This document shows positions 13,074 to 21,954 of a DNA stretch of 64,000 bases, one piece after another. The stretch's first letter is position 1, and the number at the start of each line of letters is the position of its first letter. Where the stretch lies: contig JAVJQW010000019.1 in the NCBI GenBank assembly GCA_040218735.1, positions 376,850 through 440,849 of the forward strand, read 5' to 3'. Source of the DNA: Deltaproteobacteria bacterium. GTDB lineage: Bacteria; Myxococcota; Kuafuiibacteriia; Kuafuiibacteriales; Kuafuiibacteriaceae. The notes under the pieces are model-generated. The model was not told the DNA's origin, did no database searches, and worked only from the letters and a program-made list of their open reading frames with translations. The position numbers were made by a program, and so were the translations under genes.

Positions 13074-13300
13074 GCGGCCACCTCCACGACGAACCGCTTC
13101 GCCTCCGACCGCCGAATCGACAGCACGTAGTCGCGCACCCGCAGCTCGAGCGGCCCGCCGAGCGGCGCCCGCTTGCGCACCGACACCGACGCGCCGCGCA
13201 CCATGCCCATCTCCATGAGCCGCAGGACGACCGGGCTGCGGTCACCCTCGATCGCGCGGATGGTCGCAGGACGATCCGTGGGGAGCTGATCCAGCGTCAC
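13070..13300 (-). CDS. feoA: Ferrous iron transport protein A
   Basis: 76 aa; RLMEMG...G..V....APLGGP......LSIRRSEA; overlaps the feoB start. Confidence 0.95.
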   Translation of the reverse strand: MTLDQLPTDRPATIRAIEGDRSPVVLRLMEMGMVRGASVSVRKRAPLGGPLELRVRDYVLSIRRSEAKRFVVEVAA

Positions 13301-13321
13301 GACGAGGACGATCCGGCGTTC

Positions 13322-13342
13322 TGAGAACGAAAGTCAATCTCA
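13322..13342. promoter_or_regulatory. Putative Fur box upstream of feoA
   Basis: AT-rich palindrome TGAGA-ACGAAAGTCAA-TCTCA; the core GAGAACGAAAGTCAATCTC matches GATAATGATAATCATTATC at 13/19 positions; about 20 nt upstream of the feoA start. Confidence 0.65.
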
Positions 13343-15325
13343 ACGAGGTTGGACCTGGTCGGGGAGGTCCACGAACGGTTCGTCGGCGTAGAAGAAGCGG
13401 TACAGGCCCCACGTCTCCGTCACGCGCTTCACGTAGCGGCGGGTCTCTTTGACGGGGATCGTCTCGACCCAGAGGTCGAAGTCGGTGGGGGTCTTGGGGA
13501 GCACCCGCGCGGTGAGCCCGGGGCCGCCGTTGTACGCCGCGAGCGCGAGCGGCTCGGTCCCGAAGCGGCGCAGCCCGGACTTCAGGACGTGCGCGCCGAG
13601 GCGGAGGTTGAGGACGGGGTCGGTGAGGCGCTGCGTGTCCTCGATGTCGAGGCGCCCCTTGAAGACCTCCGCGTACGCGCCGACCGCGGTGGGCGGCATC
13701 AGCTGCGCGAGGCCGACGGCGCCGGCCCAGCTGACGATCTCGGGGTCGAAGGTGCTCTCCTCGCGGACGAGGCCCATGAGGAACCACGGCTCCACCTTCG
13801 CCTGCTTCGCGGCCTCGTCGATCTCCGCTTCGAACGCACGCGAGTATGCGAGGCGCCAGACCGCGGCGTTGTCGGGCGTGAGCGCGTCGAAGAGATCGTG
13901 ACGGCGGCGCAAGACACCTTGCGCTTCGGGGTAGGCGCCGTACCCGTGGTAGGCGCGCGCGAGGTCATGCGCCTGGGCGTGGTCGAGGTCCCAGCACTCG
14001 AGGATCGCGAGCTCCGCGACGGCGAGCTCCGTCGCGCCGCGGGCGTGCAGGGCCGCGGCGCGCGCGAGGGTGGTGGCCCAGCGGTCGCCGCTCGGGGAGG
14101 GGGAGGCGCCGGCGCCGCCGTTCGCGTTGCCGCTGGCGCTGCCGTTCGCGTTGCCGCTGGCGCCCGCCTCACCGCCCCCTGCGCCTCGGTTCGCGAGCAG
14201 CGCGGCGCGCAGGGTCTTCGCGCGTTTCTCGTCCTCGCGGCCGAGTCGATCCAGCGCCAGCCACGTATAGAACGACGGTCGCGCGGTCAGCGCGGCGAGG
14301 GCGGCCTTGCGGCCCTTCGGATCGAGTCGGTACGTCCAGTAGTGCGCGCGCGCGGTCTCGACCGCGCGCGGCGGATCCGATTCGACGATCTGCGCGAGGA
14401 GCGGCAGCGCGGTCTTGGCGTCGTTCGCTCGAATGGAATCGAAGGCCAGCCGCCACGCCGCCATCGAGACCTGGTCGCCGCCCATCGTGCGGATCCGGTC
14501 GTAGATCTTCTTGGCTTCGGCCGGCTGCCCGCGACGGTCGAGGACCTCCGCGACGATCATCCACGCGTCGTCCACGTACGAGTGCTTCGGGTGCTTCGAC
14601 TCCAACCACGAAGCGACCTTCCGCGTGCCGATCGTCTGCCCGCGGATCCCACGCACCTGGATCTCCAGCAGCGCCGACCGCCGCGCGAAGTCGTCGTTCT
14701 TCGCGGCGTCGCACCGCTTCCGCGCGTCCGCCAGCGCGGCGATCGCCGGCTTGTACCGGCGCATCTTCCGCTCCGTCTTCCCCACGACGTACGCGATCTC
14801 GCAGGCGTACGCGTGCTTCGGTCCGACGGCGCTCCCGAGCCGCCGCGCCTCGACGTTGGCCTCGCGGCTCTCGTGCAGGTCGAGCAACGCGCGCACGCGC
14901 TTCATGCGCCCGTCGACGTCCAACCGCTCCGCGATCCCCTCCCCGCCGAGCGCCTTCGCGAGCGCGCGCGCCTCGGGCGTGTCGACGACCGTCGTCAGCA
15001 GCGTCGCCTCCGCGGCCTTCGCGCGGGTCTCCTCCTCCGCCGCGCGGAGCAGGTCGATCGCGCGCCGCAGCCGCGCGCCGTCGGGCGGCAGCGCCAACAG
15101 CCGTTCGGCCGCGGCGGCGGGCCGAGTCTTCGCGAGCAGCTTCGGCGCGAGCAGCGAGGCCTCCTCGAACATCAAGTCCGGCGCGCATACCTTCCGCGGC
15201 GCGATCCGGTCGATCGCCGCGATCGCCTTCTTCGCGTCGCCCGCTTCGGCGGCCGCTCGGGCTTCGACGAGCGCGTCGTAGTCCGCGAGTGGGCCGGCGG
15301 CGACGAGCACGAGGAGAAACTGCAC
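13340..15325 (-). CDS. Soluble lytic murein transglycosylase (Slt70-like: TPR/helical region + SLT domain)
   Basis: C-terminal LVREESTFDP..VSWAGAVGLAQLMP.TA, LAAYNGGPG, IPVKETRRYVKRV. Confidence 0.92.
   Translation of the reverse strand: MQFLLVLVAAGPLADYDALVEARAAAEAGDAKKAIAAIDRIAPRKVCAPDLMFEEASLLAPKLLAKTRPAAAAERLLALPPDGARLRRAIDLLRAAEEETRAKAAEATLLTTVVDTPEARALAKALGGEGIAERLDVDGRMKRVRALLDLHESREANVEARRLGSAVGPKHAYACEIAYVVGKTERKMRRYKPAIAALADARKRCDAAKNDDFARRSALLEIQVRGIRGQTIGTRKVASWLESKHPKHSYVDDAWMIVAEVLDRRGQPAEAKKIYDRIRTMGGDQVSMAAWRLAFDSIRANDAKTALPLLAQIVESDPPRAVETARAHYWTYRLDPKGRKAALAALTARPSFYTWLALDRLGREDEKRAKTLRAALLANRGAGGGEAGASGNANGSASGNANGGAGASPSPSGDRWATTLARAAALHARGATELAVAELAILECWDLDHAQAHDLARAYHGYGAYPEAQGVLRRRHDLFDALTPDNAAVWRLAYSRAFEAEIDEAAKQAKVEPWFLMGLVREESTFDPEIVSWAGAVGLAQLMPPTAVGAYAEVFKGRLDIEDTQRLTDPVLNLRLGAHVLKSGLRRFGTEPLALAAYNGGPGLTARVLPKTPTDFDLWVETIPVKETRRYVKRVTETWGLYRFFYADEPFVDLPDQVQPR
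14117..14162. repeat. 24-bp-period tandem duplication inside the Slt gene (encodes ASGNANG twice)
   Basis: gccgttcgcgttgccgctggcg at 14117 and 14141. Confidence 0.8.
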
Positions 15326-15487
15326 GGCCCGGGAACATGGCAGACGAACGTTCGAAATCCCAACGTTGGAATGTGGCTCCCGAGTCGGTTTTCCCCGGGT
15401 CGGACGATCGTCGCAACTGTCCGGATTCGCCCGCTTTCAATCTTCCCACCGCGGGTCGTGCTCCCTATGCTGCCTTCGGTCCCCCAC

Positions 15488-18400
15488 ATGACCAACCGCC
15501 GTCGTTCAGAGCGCTTCGAGGTCGCGCTGCCCATCTGGCTCAAGGACGGCCACGGCGGAGAGCGCACGACGACGGCCGACGTCTCCGCACACGGGATCGC
15601 CGTGTTCTCCCCGAAGGCCCGACCGCTCCGTCAGTACATCGAGCTGGAGATCGCGTTGCCCGAGCCGCGGGCGAACATCAACGTCACCGCTGTCGTCGCG
15701 CGTCATGCGGATCTGATGAACCGTGACACGCGCGCGCAGACCGCGGGGCTCGGGCTCGACTTCTTCCTGTTCGACGCGAGCGCGAAGTCGCGGTGGAAGG
15801 CTTTCCTCGAGAAGCTCCGCGTCGAAGGCACCGGCTTCCTCGAAGAGGCCGCGGCGGCCGCGCCCGAGGTCGAGGGCGAGCGCGCGCTCCCGCAGATCGC
15901 GAAGGCCCCGGTGGAGCTGGAGCTTCCGTCCGATCTCCCCGAGGACGACGAGACCCCGACCTTCATCATCAAGCCCCGCGACCTCGGTCGCCTGTGGGCG
16001 TTCTACCGCGGCGAGCTCGCGAAGGGGCGCGTGCGCATCGAGACGCCCGTCGCGCAGGAGGACGGCACCGAGGTCGAGCTCCTCGTCGTGCACCCCGGGT
16101 CGCACGCGGAGTGGATCCTCGAAGGGTACGTCGCCGAGACCAAGTCGAAGGCCGAGCGCGGCAAGCGACCGATCATCGAGATCAACCTGGTCGCCGTGAC
16201 GTCGGAGTTGAAGACCGCGTTCCGAAACTTCGTCGCGACCGGCCGCGGCATGATCGAAGAGGACGTCGAGATCGGCGACGAGCCTTCGCGCTCCACCGAG
16301 CCGCCGCGTCTGGAGTCGGTGGTGATCGATCTCGACGCGCTCGACGACAGCAGCGTCGATCTCCCCACCGGCATTCCGAACCCGCCGCCGCCGTTGCCGG
16401 AGTCGACGACGGACGACCTCCCGGAGATCGTCGACGACGAGCCGCTCACGCCCACCGGCCTGGCGACGACGCCGGAGCCGGACATCGTGGCGGAGCGCGT
16501 CGATCCGGACTCGCTGTCGGACATCGCGGCCCCGGAGCCGATCCCGCTCGTGACGCGGCGACCGTCGCTGCAGATCGTGGATCCGGCCGCGACGAACCAG
16601 CAGCGCCCGCAGCGCCCCGAAGAGATCGACGCCCGCCCGCTCGACGGACCGACCGAAGAAGATCTCGACGCCGAAGAAGAGCTCGCGGCGGAGCCGCCGC
16701 GTCCCAAGACGGACGACCTCGTCGTCGCCGAGCCGGACACCGACGCACCCGGCGCTTCGACGGAGCCGCCGCGCGGCGTCGACGACACGGACACCTCCCC
16801 GAAGGCGCCGTCGTCGCTGCTCGCCGCGCGGAGTGTCGACGATACGGACACGTCGCCGAAGGCGTCCGAGCTCGCGCCGGGCCAACCGCGGATCGTCGAC
16901 ACGTCCGCGCACGCCGTCGCGGACGCGGACGAGATCACGTCACCGAAGACGCCGTCGTCGCGCGTGTCGGCGCGCGACCTCGACCAGACGGAGGCGTCGC
17001 CGAAGACGCCGGTGGCCCGCGAAGACCTCGACCCCACGGACACGTCGCCGAAGACGCCGTCGTCGCGCGTCACCGCGGAGCAGCCCGGCGAGGAACGCGA
17101 TCAGGGTACGGTCCGCGGCGGCTCGATCGACGAGGCCGTCCGAGTCGCGCCGACGACGCGCACGAGCTCCGCGCACCCCGGCACGGCGGCGCCGCCGTCG
17201 CCGCCGGATCTGCCGACGCTCGACGAACGTCAGGTCGATGCGCCGTCGTCCGAAGAGGTCTGGCGCCGCATTCGATCGAACGAGGGTTGGCGCGCGGCGT
17301 TCGAGGACGACGAGGACGCGTCGACCGCCGACGAAGAAGAGCCACGAGCCTCCTTCGACGAGGACGAGGATCCGACGTACACGCAGGCGCCCCCCGCGCC
17401 CGAGCCGGCGGGGACGAAGAGTGTGTTTGCTTCGTTCTTCGAAGAGGCCGCCGCGAGTCAGCTCCCCGAGCCGGCGCCGAGCGACGGACCGCGCGCCGTC
17501 GAAGAAGACCGCCCGCCCATCCTCGACATCGGCAGCCACGAGCTCCGGGCGCTGCGCGAGGAGGTCGACGCGCCCCAGATCGCCGAGCACCGCGCCGCAT
17601 CCAACGAGGGTCGCAGCGGCAGCGTCGCCCGCGCTGAACCGCCGAGTGCTCCGAGTGTTTCGAACGCACCGAGCGTCGCCCGCGCGCAGCCGCCGAGCCT
17701 CCCGCGCTCCGCCCCGCCGAGCCCTCCGCGTACCGCCCCGCCGAGCCCCCCGCGCGCCGCCCCGCCGAGCCTCCCGCGCCCCGCCCCGCCGACCGCACCG
17801 AGCGTCGCGCGCGCCGATGCGCCGCAGAGAGAACGCGCCGACGCGCCGAACGTCGCGCGGGATGCGCCGCGGAACGCACGGGATGACGCACCGCAGGTGA
17901 TGCGTGCGGCGACGCCCGACGCACGCCGCACCGATCAGCATGACGGCGATGAAGGGGCGATCCTCCGGCTCCCCACTTCGGCGATCGTGACGGACGGGAT
18001 CGCGCGCGCGCCGAGCAAGTCGCCGGTGGAGGGGAGCCAGCGCTTCTTCACGACCGGAACGAGCTCCGACATCATCGCGGCGCGTTCCGTTCACGCGTCG
18101 CCGCCGAAAGCCCCCGTCGTGCAGGGGACGCCGGAGCCGCAACCCGAGGCCGCGCCGGAGCGCGCGAAGCCGGAGCTCCCGGACTGGGTCGTGCCGCGCA
18201 ACGAGGCGCTCGCGAATCCGCCGCGCCCGCCGTCTGACATGTTGAAGCCGAAGCGCCCCGGCGTGAGCACGCCGCGCGGCGCCGGACCGCAGCACGCGCC
18301 GCCGAAGAACACGCCGGTGCCGCCCGGCTCGATGTACGACTTCGAGGAGGAAGAGGCGGAGGACCACGAGCTCCCGGTGAAGCCGGCGCCCTCCGGTCCA

Positions 18401-18871
18401 AATCAGGTCGCGCCCGCGAACCGCCCGATTCGCCAGAACCGCCCCGCGCGTACGACGCCTCCGCCGCCGCCGCCGAGCGCGCGCCGAGGGCTGCCGCCCG
18501 AGGATCGCGAGCACGCTGGACACAAGAACGTGTCCACCGAGAGCGGGAACCCGGATCTGGATCGCGACATCGGCCTCGCGCGTGCGCGTGTCGTCCGCAG
18601 CCCGCACAGCGTGACCGCGTGTTACCGCCTGAGCATGTTGCTCATGCAGCGCGGCGAAGGGACGCACGTGGGTGAAGCGCTGGAGTCGTTGAAGCGGGTC
18701 ATGACGCTCGAGCCGAACCACCCCGGCGCGCACCACAAACTCGCCGAGCTGCTCGCGCGCAAGGGGGACTACGCCCTCGCCGCCGAGCACCTCAGCCGCG
18801 CGCGTCGCCTCGGGTATCGAATCGATCCGGACCTGGAGCGAATCGTCACTTCCGGTGCGAAGAGCACCTGA
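15488..18871 (+). CDS. PilZ-domain protein with a second PilZ-like domain, long acidic/Pro-rich linker and C-terminal TPR
   Basis: Start MTNRRRSERF (RxxxR) and DVSAHG (DxSxxG); second domain WAFYRGELAKGRVRIETP...GTEVELLVVHP; C-terminal LEPNHPGAHHKLAELL TPR. The upstream part of the track ORF is the antisense shadow of the Slt gene. Confidence 0.82.
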   Translation: MTNRRRSERFEVALPIWLKDGHGGERTTTADVSAHGIAVFSPKARPLRQYIELEIALPEPRANINVTAVVARHADLMNRDTRAQTAGLGLDFFLFDASAKSRWKAFLEKLRVEGTGFLEEAAAAAPEVEGERALPQIAKAPVELELPSDLPEDDETPTFIIKPRDLGRLWAFYRGELAKGRVRIETPVAQEDGTEVELLVVHPGSHAEWILEGYVAETKSKAERGKRPIIEINLVAVTSELKTAFRNFVATGRGMIEEDVEIGDEPSRSTEPPRLESVVIDLDALDDSSVDLPTGIPNPPPPLPESTTDDLPEIVDDEPLTPTGLATTPEPDIVAERVDPDSLSDIAAPEPIPLVTRRPSLQIVDPAATNQQRPQRPEEIDARPLDGPTEEDLDAEEELAAEPPRPKTDDLVVAEPDTDAPGASTEPPRGVDDTDTSPKAPSSLLAARSVDDTDTSPKASELAPGQPRIVDTSAHAVADADEITSPKTPSSRVSARDLDQTEASPKTPVAREDLDPTDTSPKTPSSRVTAEQPGEERDQGTVRGGSIDEAVRVAPTTRTSSAHPGTAAPPSPPDLPTLDERQVDAPSSEEVWRRIRSNEGWRAAFEDDEDASTADEEEPRASFDEDEDPTYTQAPPAPEPAGTKSVFASFFEEAAASQLPEPAPSDGPRAVEEDRPPILDIGSHELRALREEVDAPQIAEHRAASNEGRSGSVARAEPPSAPSVSNAPSVARAQPPSLPRSAPPSPPRTAPPSPPRAAPPSLPRPAPPTAPSVARADAPQRERADAPNVARDAPRNARDDAPQVMRAATPDARRTDQHDGDEGAILRLPTSAIVTDGIARAPSKSPVEGSQRFFTTGTSSDIIAARSVHASPPKAPVVQGTPEPQPEAAPERAKPELPDWVVPRNEALANPPRPPSDMLKPKRPGVSTPRGAGPQHAPPKNTPVPPGSMYDFEEEEAEDHELPVKPAPSGPNQVAPANRPIRQNRPARTTPPPPPPSARRGLPPEDREHAGHKNVSTESGNPDLDRDIGLARARVVRSPHSVTACYRLSMLLMQRGEGTHVGEALESLKRVMTLEPNHPGAHHKLAELLARKGDYALAAEHLSRARRLGYRIDPDLERIVTSGAKST
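16778..17070 (+). repeat. Five imperfect coding repeats of DxTDTSPK(T/A)P(SS)
   Basis: DDTDTSPKAPSS, DDTDTSPKAS, DEITSPKTPSS, DQTEASPKTP, DPTDTSPKTPSS; the DNA motif cgtc(g/a)ccgaagacgccg recurs. Confidence 0.75.
17690..17785 (+). repeat. 4 x 24-bp tandem repeat encoding PPS(L/P)PRxA
   Basis: ccgccgagcc...gcc units giving PPSLPRSA, PPSPPRTA, PPSPPRAA, PPSLPRPA. Confidence 0.8.
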
Positions 18872-18935
18872 CCCCTAAGCCTTCGAAGACAAAGGGGACT
18901 TGCGCGTACGCCGCGCGCGCACGAGGATATTTTTC

Positions 18936-21209
18936 GTGCGTCGCCCCATCGTGTTGATCGGCCTCGCCGTCGTGGCTTGCAAGAGCGAAGTCACGACGAC
19001 GTCGCCCGGGCCGGAGTTCGTTGCCGCCCCGCAGCCGTACCAACCCCCGCAGAACTGCGCGCCCTGCCACCAGCGCCAGTTCGACGAGACCCAGCAGAGC
19101 GTCATGTCCGGCTACCGCTCGGTCAGCCCGCTGATGAACTCCCTCGAGCTTGCAGGCAACTTCGCCGCGCAGGCGGCGCTCGAGGACGGCGCCATCGGCA
19201 ACAACCTACGCCCGGTCTATCCGCAGGAGGGTGAAGAGGGCGGCACGAACGTGCTCAACAGCGTCCCGCCGACGGGCGGCGATCAGATCCGCTCCGCGTT
19301 CTGCATCGGGTGCCACGCGTCGGCCGCGGTGCTCGTCGGCGACGACCCGGACCGCCGCGAGATTCCGGAGTGGCAGGGCGTGCTCGAGCCCGAGGATCCC
19401 AACTGCACGCAGACATCGACCGTCGCGTGTTTCCGTCGCATCACGAACGTGCGTCCGCTGCGCGACTATCACCTCGTCGACGCCAACGGCGAGCAGGTGC
19501 TCCCGGAGGTCCCGGGCGGTCCGCCGCCGGCCGGCTCCGGCCCGTCGCTCGGCGCGCATGCGATCACCTGCGACGTCTGCCACAACGTGCAGGGCCCCGC
19601 GTTCGAGCGCAGCCTCGCGAAGGACGGCTTCGCGAACAACGCGCTGGAGTACGACGCCACGTATCTGAAGGTCGGTCCGTTCGCGGACGCGCGACCGGCG
19701 GGGCCGTTCGGCGAAGAGGGCGTCGCGTTCCACGAGTCGAGCTCGGACCCGGCGAAGATCGACTTCTTGCGCAGCTCGGAGTTCTGCATCGCGTGTCACG
19801 ACGTGCGGGTGCCGAGCGGTAACGTCATCGCGCCGGAGGACGAGACGCTCCCGTACTTCCGCCTCGAGAACCTCGGCACGGAGTGGAGCCAGCAGGCGTA
19901 CGCCGACCCGGAGGCGAACCCGTTCGGGCAGGTCGTGCGCTGTCAGGACTGCCACATGTCGCTGTACCCGTACACGGACGACGCGACGTACCAGGTCGTC
20001 GACGAGACCACCGGCGACACCCTCACCGTGACGGGTCCGACGCCCGGAGTGTTCGCGATGGGCAAGGCCGCGGTGGGGATCGACGATCCGACGGGCCGCG
20101 GCATCGAGCTGCCGGACCGCCCGATCGTCACGCACCAGTTCACCGGAGTGGACGTACCGCTGCTGTCGGACGAAGAGCTGCGCGCGCGGCTCGGTCCCGA
20201 TCGCCCCGACACGTACCGCGAGGGGGAGGACGAGTTCGGCGTCCCGCACTCACTCGAGACGCGGCGCAAGGATCTGCTCGACGCGAGTGTGCGCATCGAT
20301 CTGTCGCGCACGGATGCGTCGGCGACGTTCGGCGAGCCCTTCGACGTGCGGGTCACGGCGGTCGCGCTGACCGGGCACAACTTCCCGTCCGGCTTCTCGC
20401 AGGAGCGGACGACGTGGATCGAGCTGACGGTGAGCGCGCCGGACGCGAACGGCGACGACTTCGTGCTCTACCAATCCGGTTACCTCACGGACAAAGCGCA
20501 CCCGGAGACGGGTGAGCTGACGCCGGACGGCAACCTCGACGATGAGGACCTCGGACACCTCCTCGTGACGATCAACCCGTTCACCCACGACAACGAGATC
20601 TTCGAGCGCGGTCCGGACGCCGGGCCGCTCGCGCGCATCTTCGAGGGCGAGGCGACGGGGCTCGTGTTGTTCCGCAACGAGCTGATTCGTTTGTACGGAC
20701 CGGAGATGTTCAACGATGCGCCGACCGGCATCCCGGCGTCGAACCGGCGGCACCCGCGCACCGGGGAGCTGCTGACTCAGATCGTCGAGGAAGAGACGTT
20801 CTCCGCCGGCTTGGCGAACGCGGTCGACAACTGGCGCGCGCTGCAGCCGCTCGTGCCGCGGACGTACCGCTACGAGGTGATGCTGCCGACGCGCGCGAAG
20901 CTCGCGTCGCTTGGTGTCGACATCGTGGGGCCGATCAAGGTGCAGGCGAAGGTGCACTTCCAGCACTTCCCGCCGCTGTTCATGCGCTTCCTCGCGCGCA
21001 CGTCCGGGTCGGTGCCGTACCAGCTGCCGCCGACGGACGCGCGGGTCGCGGGCTTCGACGTCGCGCGGTTCGGTTACCAGGGCGCCGAGGGTCGCCGCGG
21101 TCCGGCCGACCACGACTTCACTTTGATGGACGAGGCGCGGATCGACCGCCACCTGAAGATCGTGCGGGACATCGCGACCGCCGAAACCATGGTCTCGGTG
21201 ACCCCGTGA
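18936..21209 (+). CDS. Multiheme (5 CxxCH) c-type cytochrome lipoprotein
   Basis: GTG start after GAGGA; lipobox VVAC; CAPCH, CIGCH, CDVCH, CIACH, CQDCH; post-heme H.FTG and GHNFPSG motifs typical of c554/c-552-like multihemes. Confidence 0.88.
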   Translation: MRRPIVLIGLAVVACKSEVTTTSPGPEFVAAPQPYQPPQNCAPCHQRQFDETQQSVMSGYRSVSPLMNSLELAGNFAAQAALEDGAIGNNLRPVYPQEGEEGGTNVLNSVPPTGGDQIRSAFCIGCHASAAVLVGDDPDRREIPEWQGVLEPEDPNCTQTSTVACFRRITNVRPLRDYHLVDANGEQVLPEVPGGPPPAGSGPSLGAHAITCDVCHNVQGPAFERSLAKDGFANNALEYDATYLKVGPFADARPAGPFGEEGVAFHESSSDPAKIDFLRSSEFCIACHDVRVPSGNVIAPEDETLPYFRLENLGTEWSQQAYADPEANPFGQVVRCQDCHMSLYPYTDDATYQVVDETTGDTLTVTGPTPGVFAMGKAAVGIDDPTGRGIELPDRPIVTHQFTGVDVPLLSDEELRARLGPDRPDTYREGEDEFGVPHSLETRRKDLLDASVRIDLSRTDASATFGEPFDVRVTAVALTGHNFPSGFSQERTTWIELTVSAPDANGDDFVLYQSGYLTDKAHPETGELTPDGNLDDEDLGHLLVTINPFTHDNEIFERGPDAGPLARIFEGEATGLVLFRNELIRLYGPEMFNDAPTGIPASNRRHPRTGELLTQIVEEETFSAGLANAVDNWRALQPLVPRTYRYEVMLPTRAKLASLGVDIVGPIKVQAKVHFQHFPPLFMRFLARTSGSVPYQLPPTDARVAGFDVARFGYQGAEGRRGPADHDFTLMDEARIDRHLKIVRDIATAETMVSVTP

Positions 21210-21217
21210 GGACGACG

Positions 21218-21916
21218 ATGAAACGCGCACTCATCATCCTGCTGTTCGCTCCCGCCGTCGCGACGGCGCAGGAGCCGTACTACTCCGGCGTCGACAGCAT
21301 CGGCGCGAAGCCGATCGCGCAGCGCGAAAAGCCGGCGTTGTTCTTCGAGGCGAAGGTGCACTGGCCCTCGCTGAAGATCGATCAGCCGCGCAGCGCGTGG
21401 GAGTTCGCGCAGCGCGGGATGTACCGGCAGGACGACCTCGAGGACGTCGCCGCGGCCGAGGCGGACTACCGCGAGGCGATCGGACTGGACGGGCACCTCC
21501 TCATCGCGCGCGCGCGGCTCGGGACGATTCTACTGAAGCGAGCGCGGACGGAGACGTCGACCACGACGCGGCTGTACCAGACCGCCGAGGCGGTCGCGCA
21601 GTTCGACGAGGTGCTGCACGAGCAGCCATTCAGGCCGGGGATGCACAAGAAGATCGCGCAGGCGTACGTGATCGAGTACGAGACCACCGGCGACGGCGTG
21701 AAGGCCGACATGGCGGTCACCGCGTACCGCGCCGAGCTCGCGCAGGCGCCGCGCAACCAGTCGGTGCACTTCGAGCTCGCGTTTCTACTGAATGGACTCG
21801 GGCGTAGCACCGAGGCGCGCGAGCACATCGACCGGTACCTCGCGCTGGCCGCGGTGCACGGGGATCCGTACCCGTACAAGATCCTCGAGGCCGAACAGCT
21901 GCGTCAGGGCCTCTGA
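21218..21916 (+). CDS. Exported TPR-repeat protein
   Basis: Signal peptide MKRALIILLFAPAVATA; TPR-like helices (AEADYREAIGLD, AYRAELAQAPRNQSVHFELAFLL). An alternative GTG start at 21206 overlaps the cytochrome stop. Confidence 0.8.
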   Translation: MKRALIILLFAPAVATAQEPYYSGVDSIGAKPIAQREKPALFFEAKVHWPSLKIDQPRSAWEFAQRGMYRQDDLEDVAAAEADYREAIGLDGHLLIARARLGTILLKRARTETSTTTRLYQTAEAVAQFDEVLHEQPFRPGMHKKIAQAYVIEYETTGDGVKADMAVTAYRAELAQAPRNQSVHFELAFLLNGLGRSTEAREHIDRYLALAAVHGDPYPYKILEAEQLRQGL

Positions 21917-21954
21917 GATCGCCAACTCGCCAGCGTGAGTTGTAGGTCGTGTCG

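Noticed and set aside
13349-15487. N-terminal 713 codons of the 1840-aa plus-strand ORF
   Set aside because: Antisense shadow of the Slt gene; the real protein starts at the PilZ motif (ATG 15488).
18936-21209. NrfA or hydroxylamine oxidoreductase call for the multiheme protein
   Set aside because: No CxxCK motif, and five rather than eight heme motifs with different spacing.
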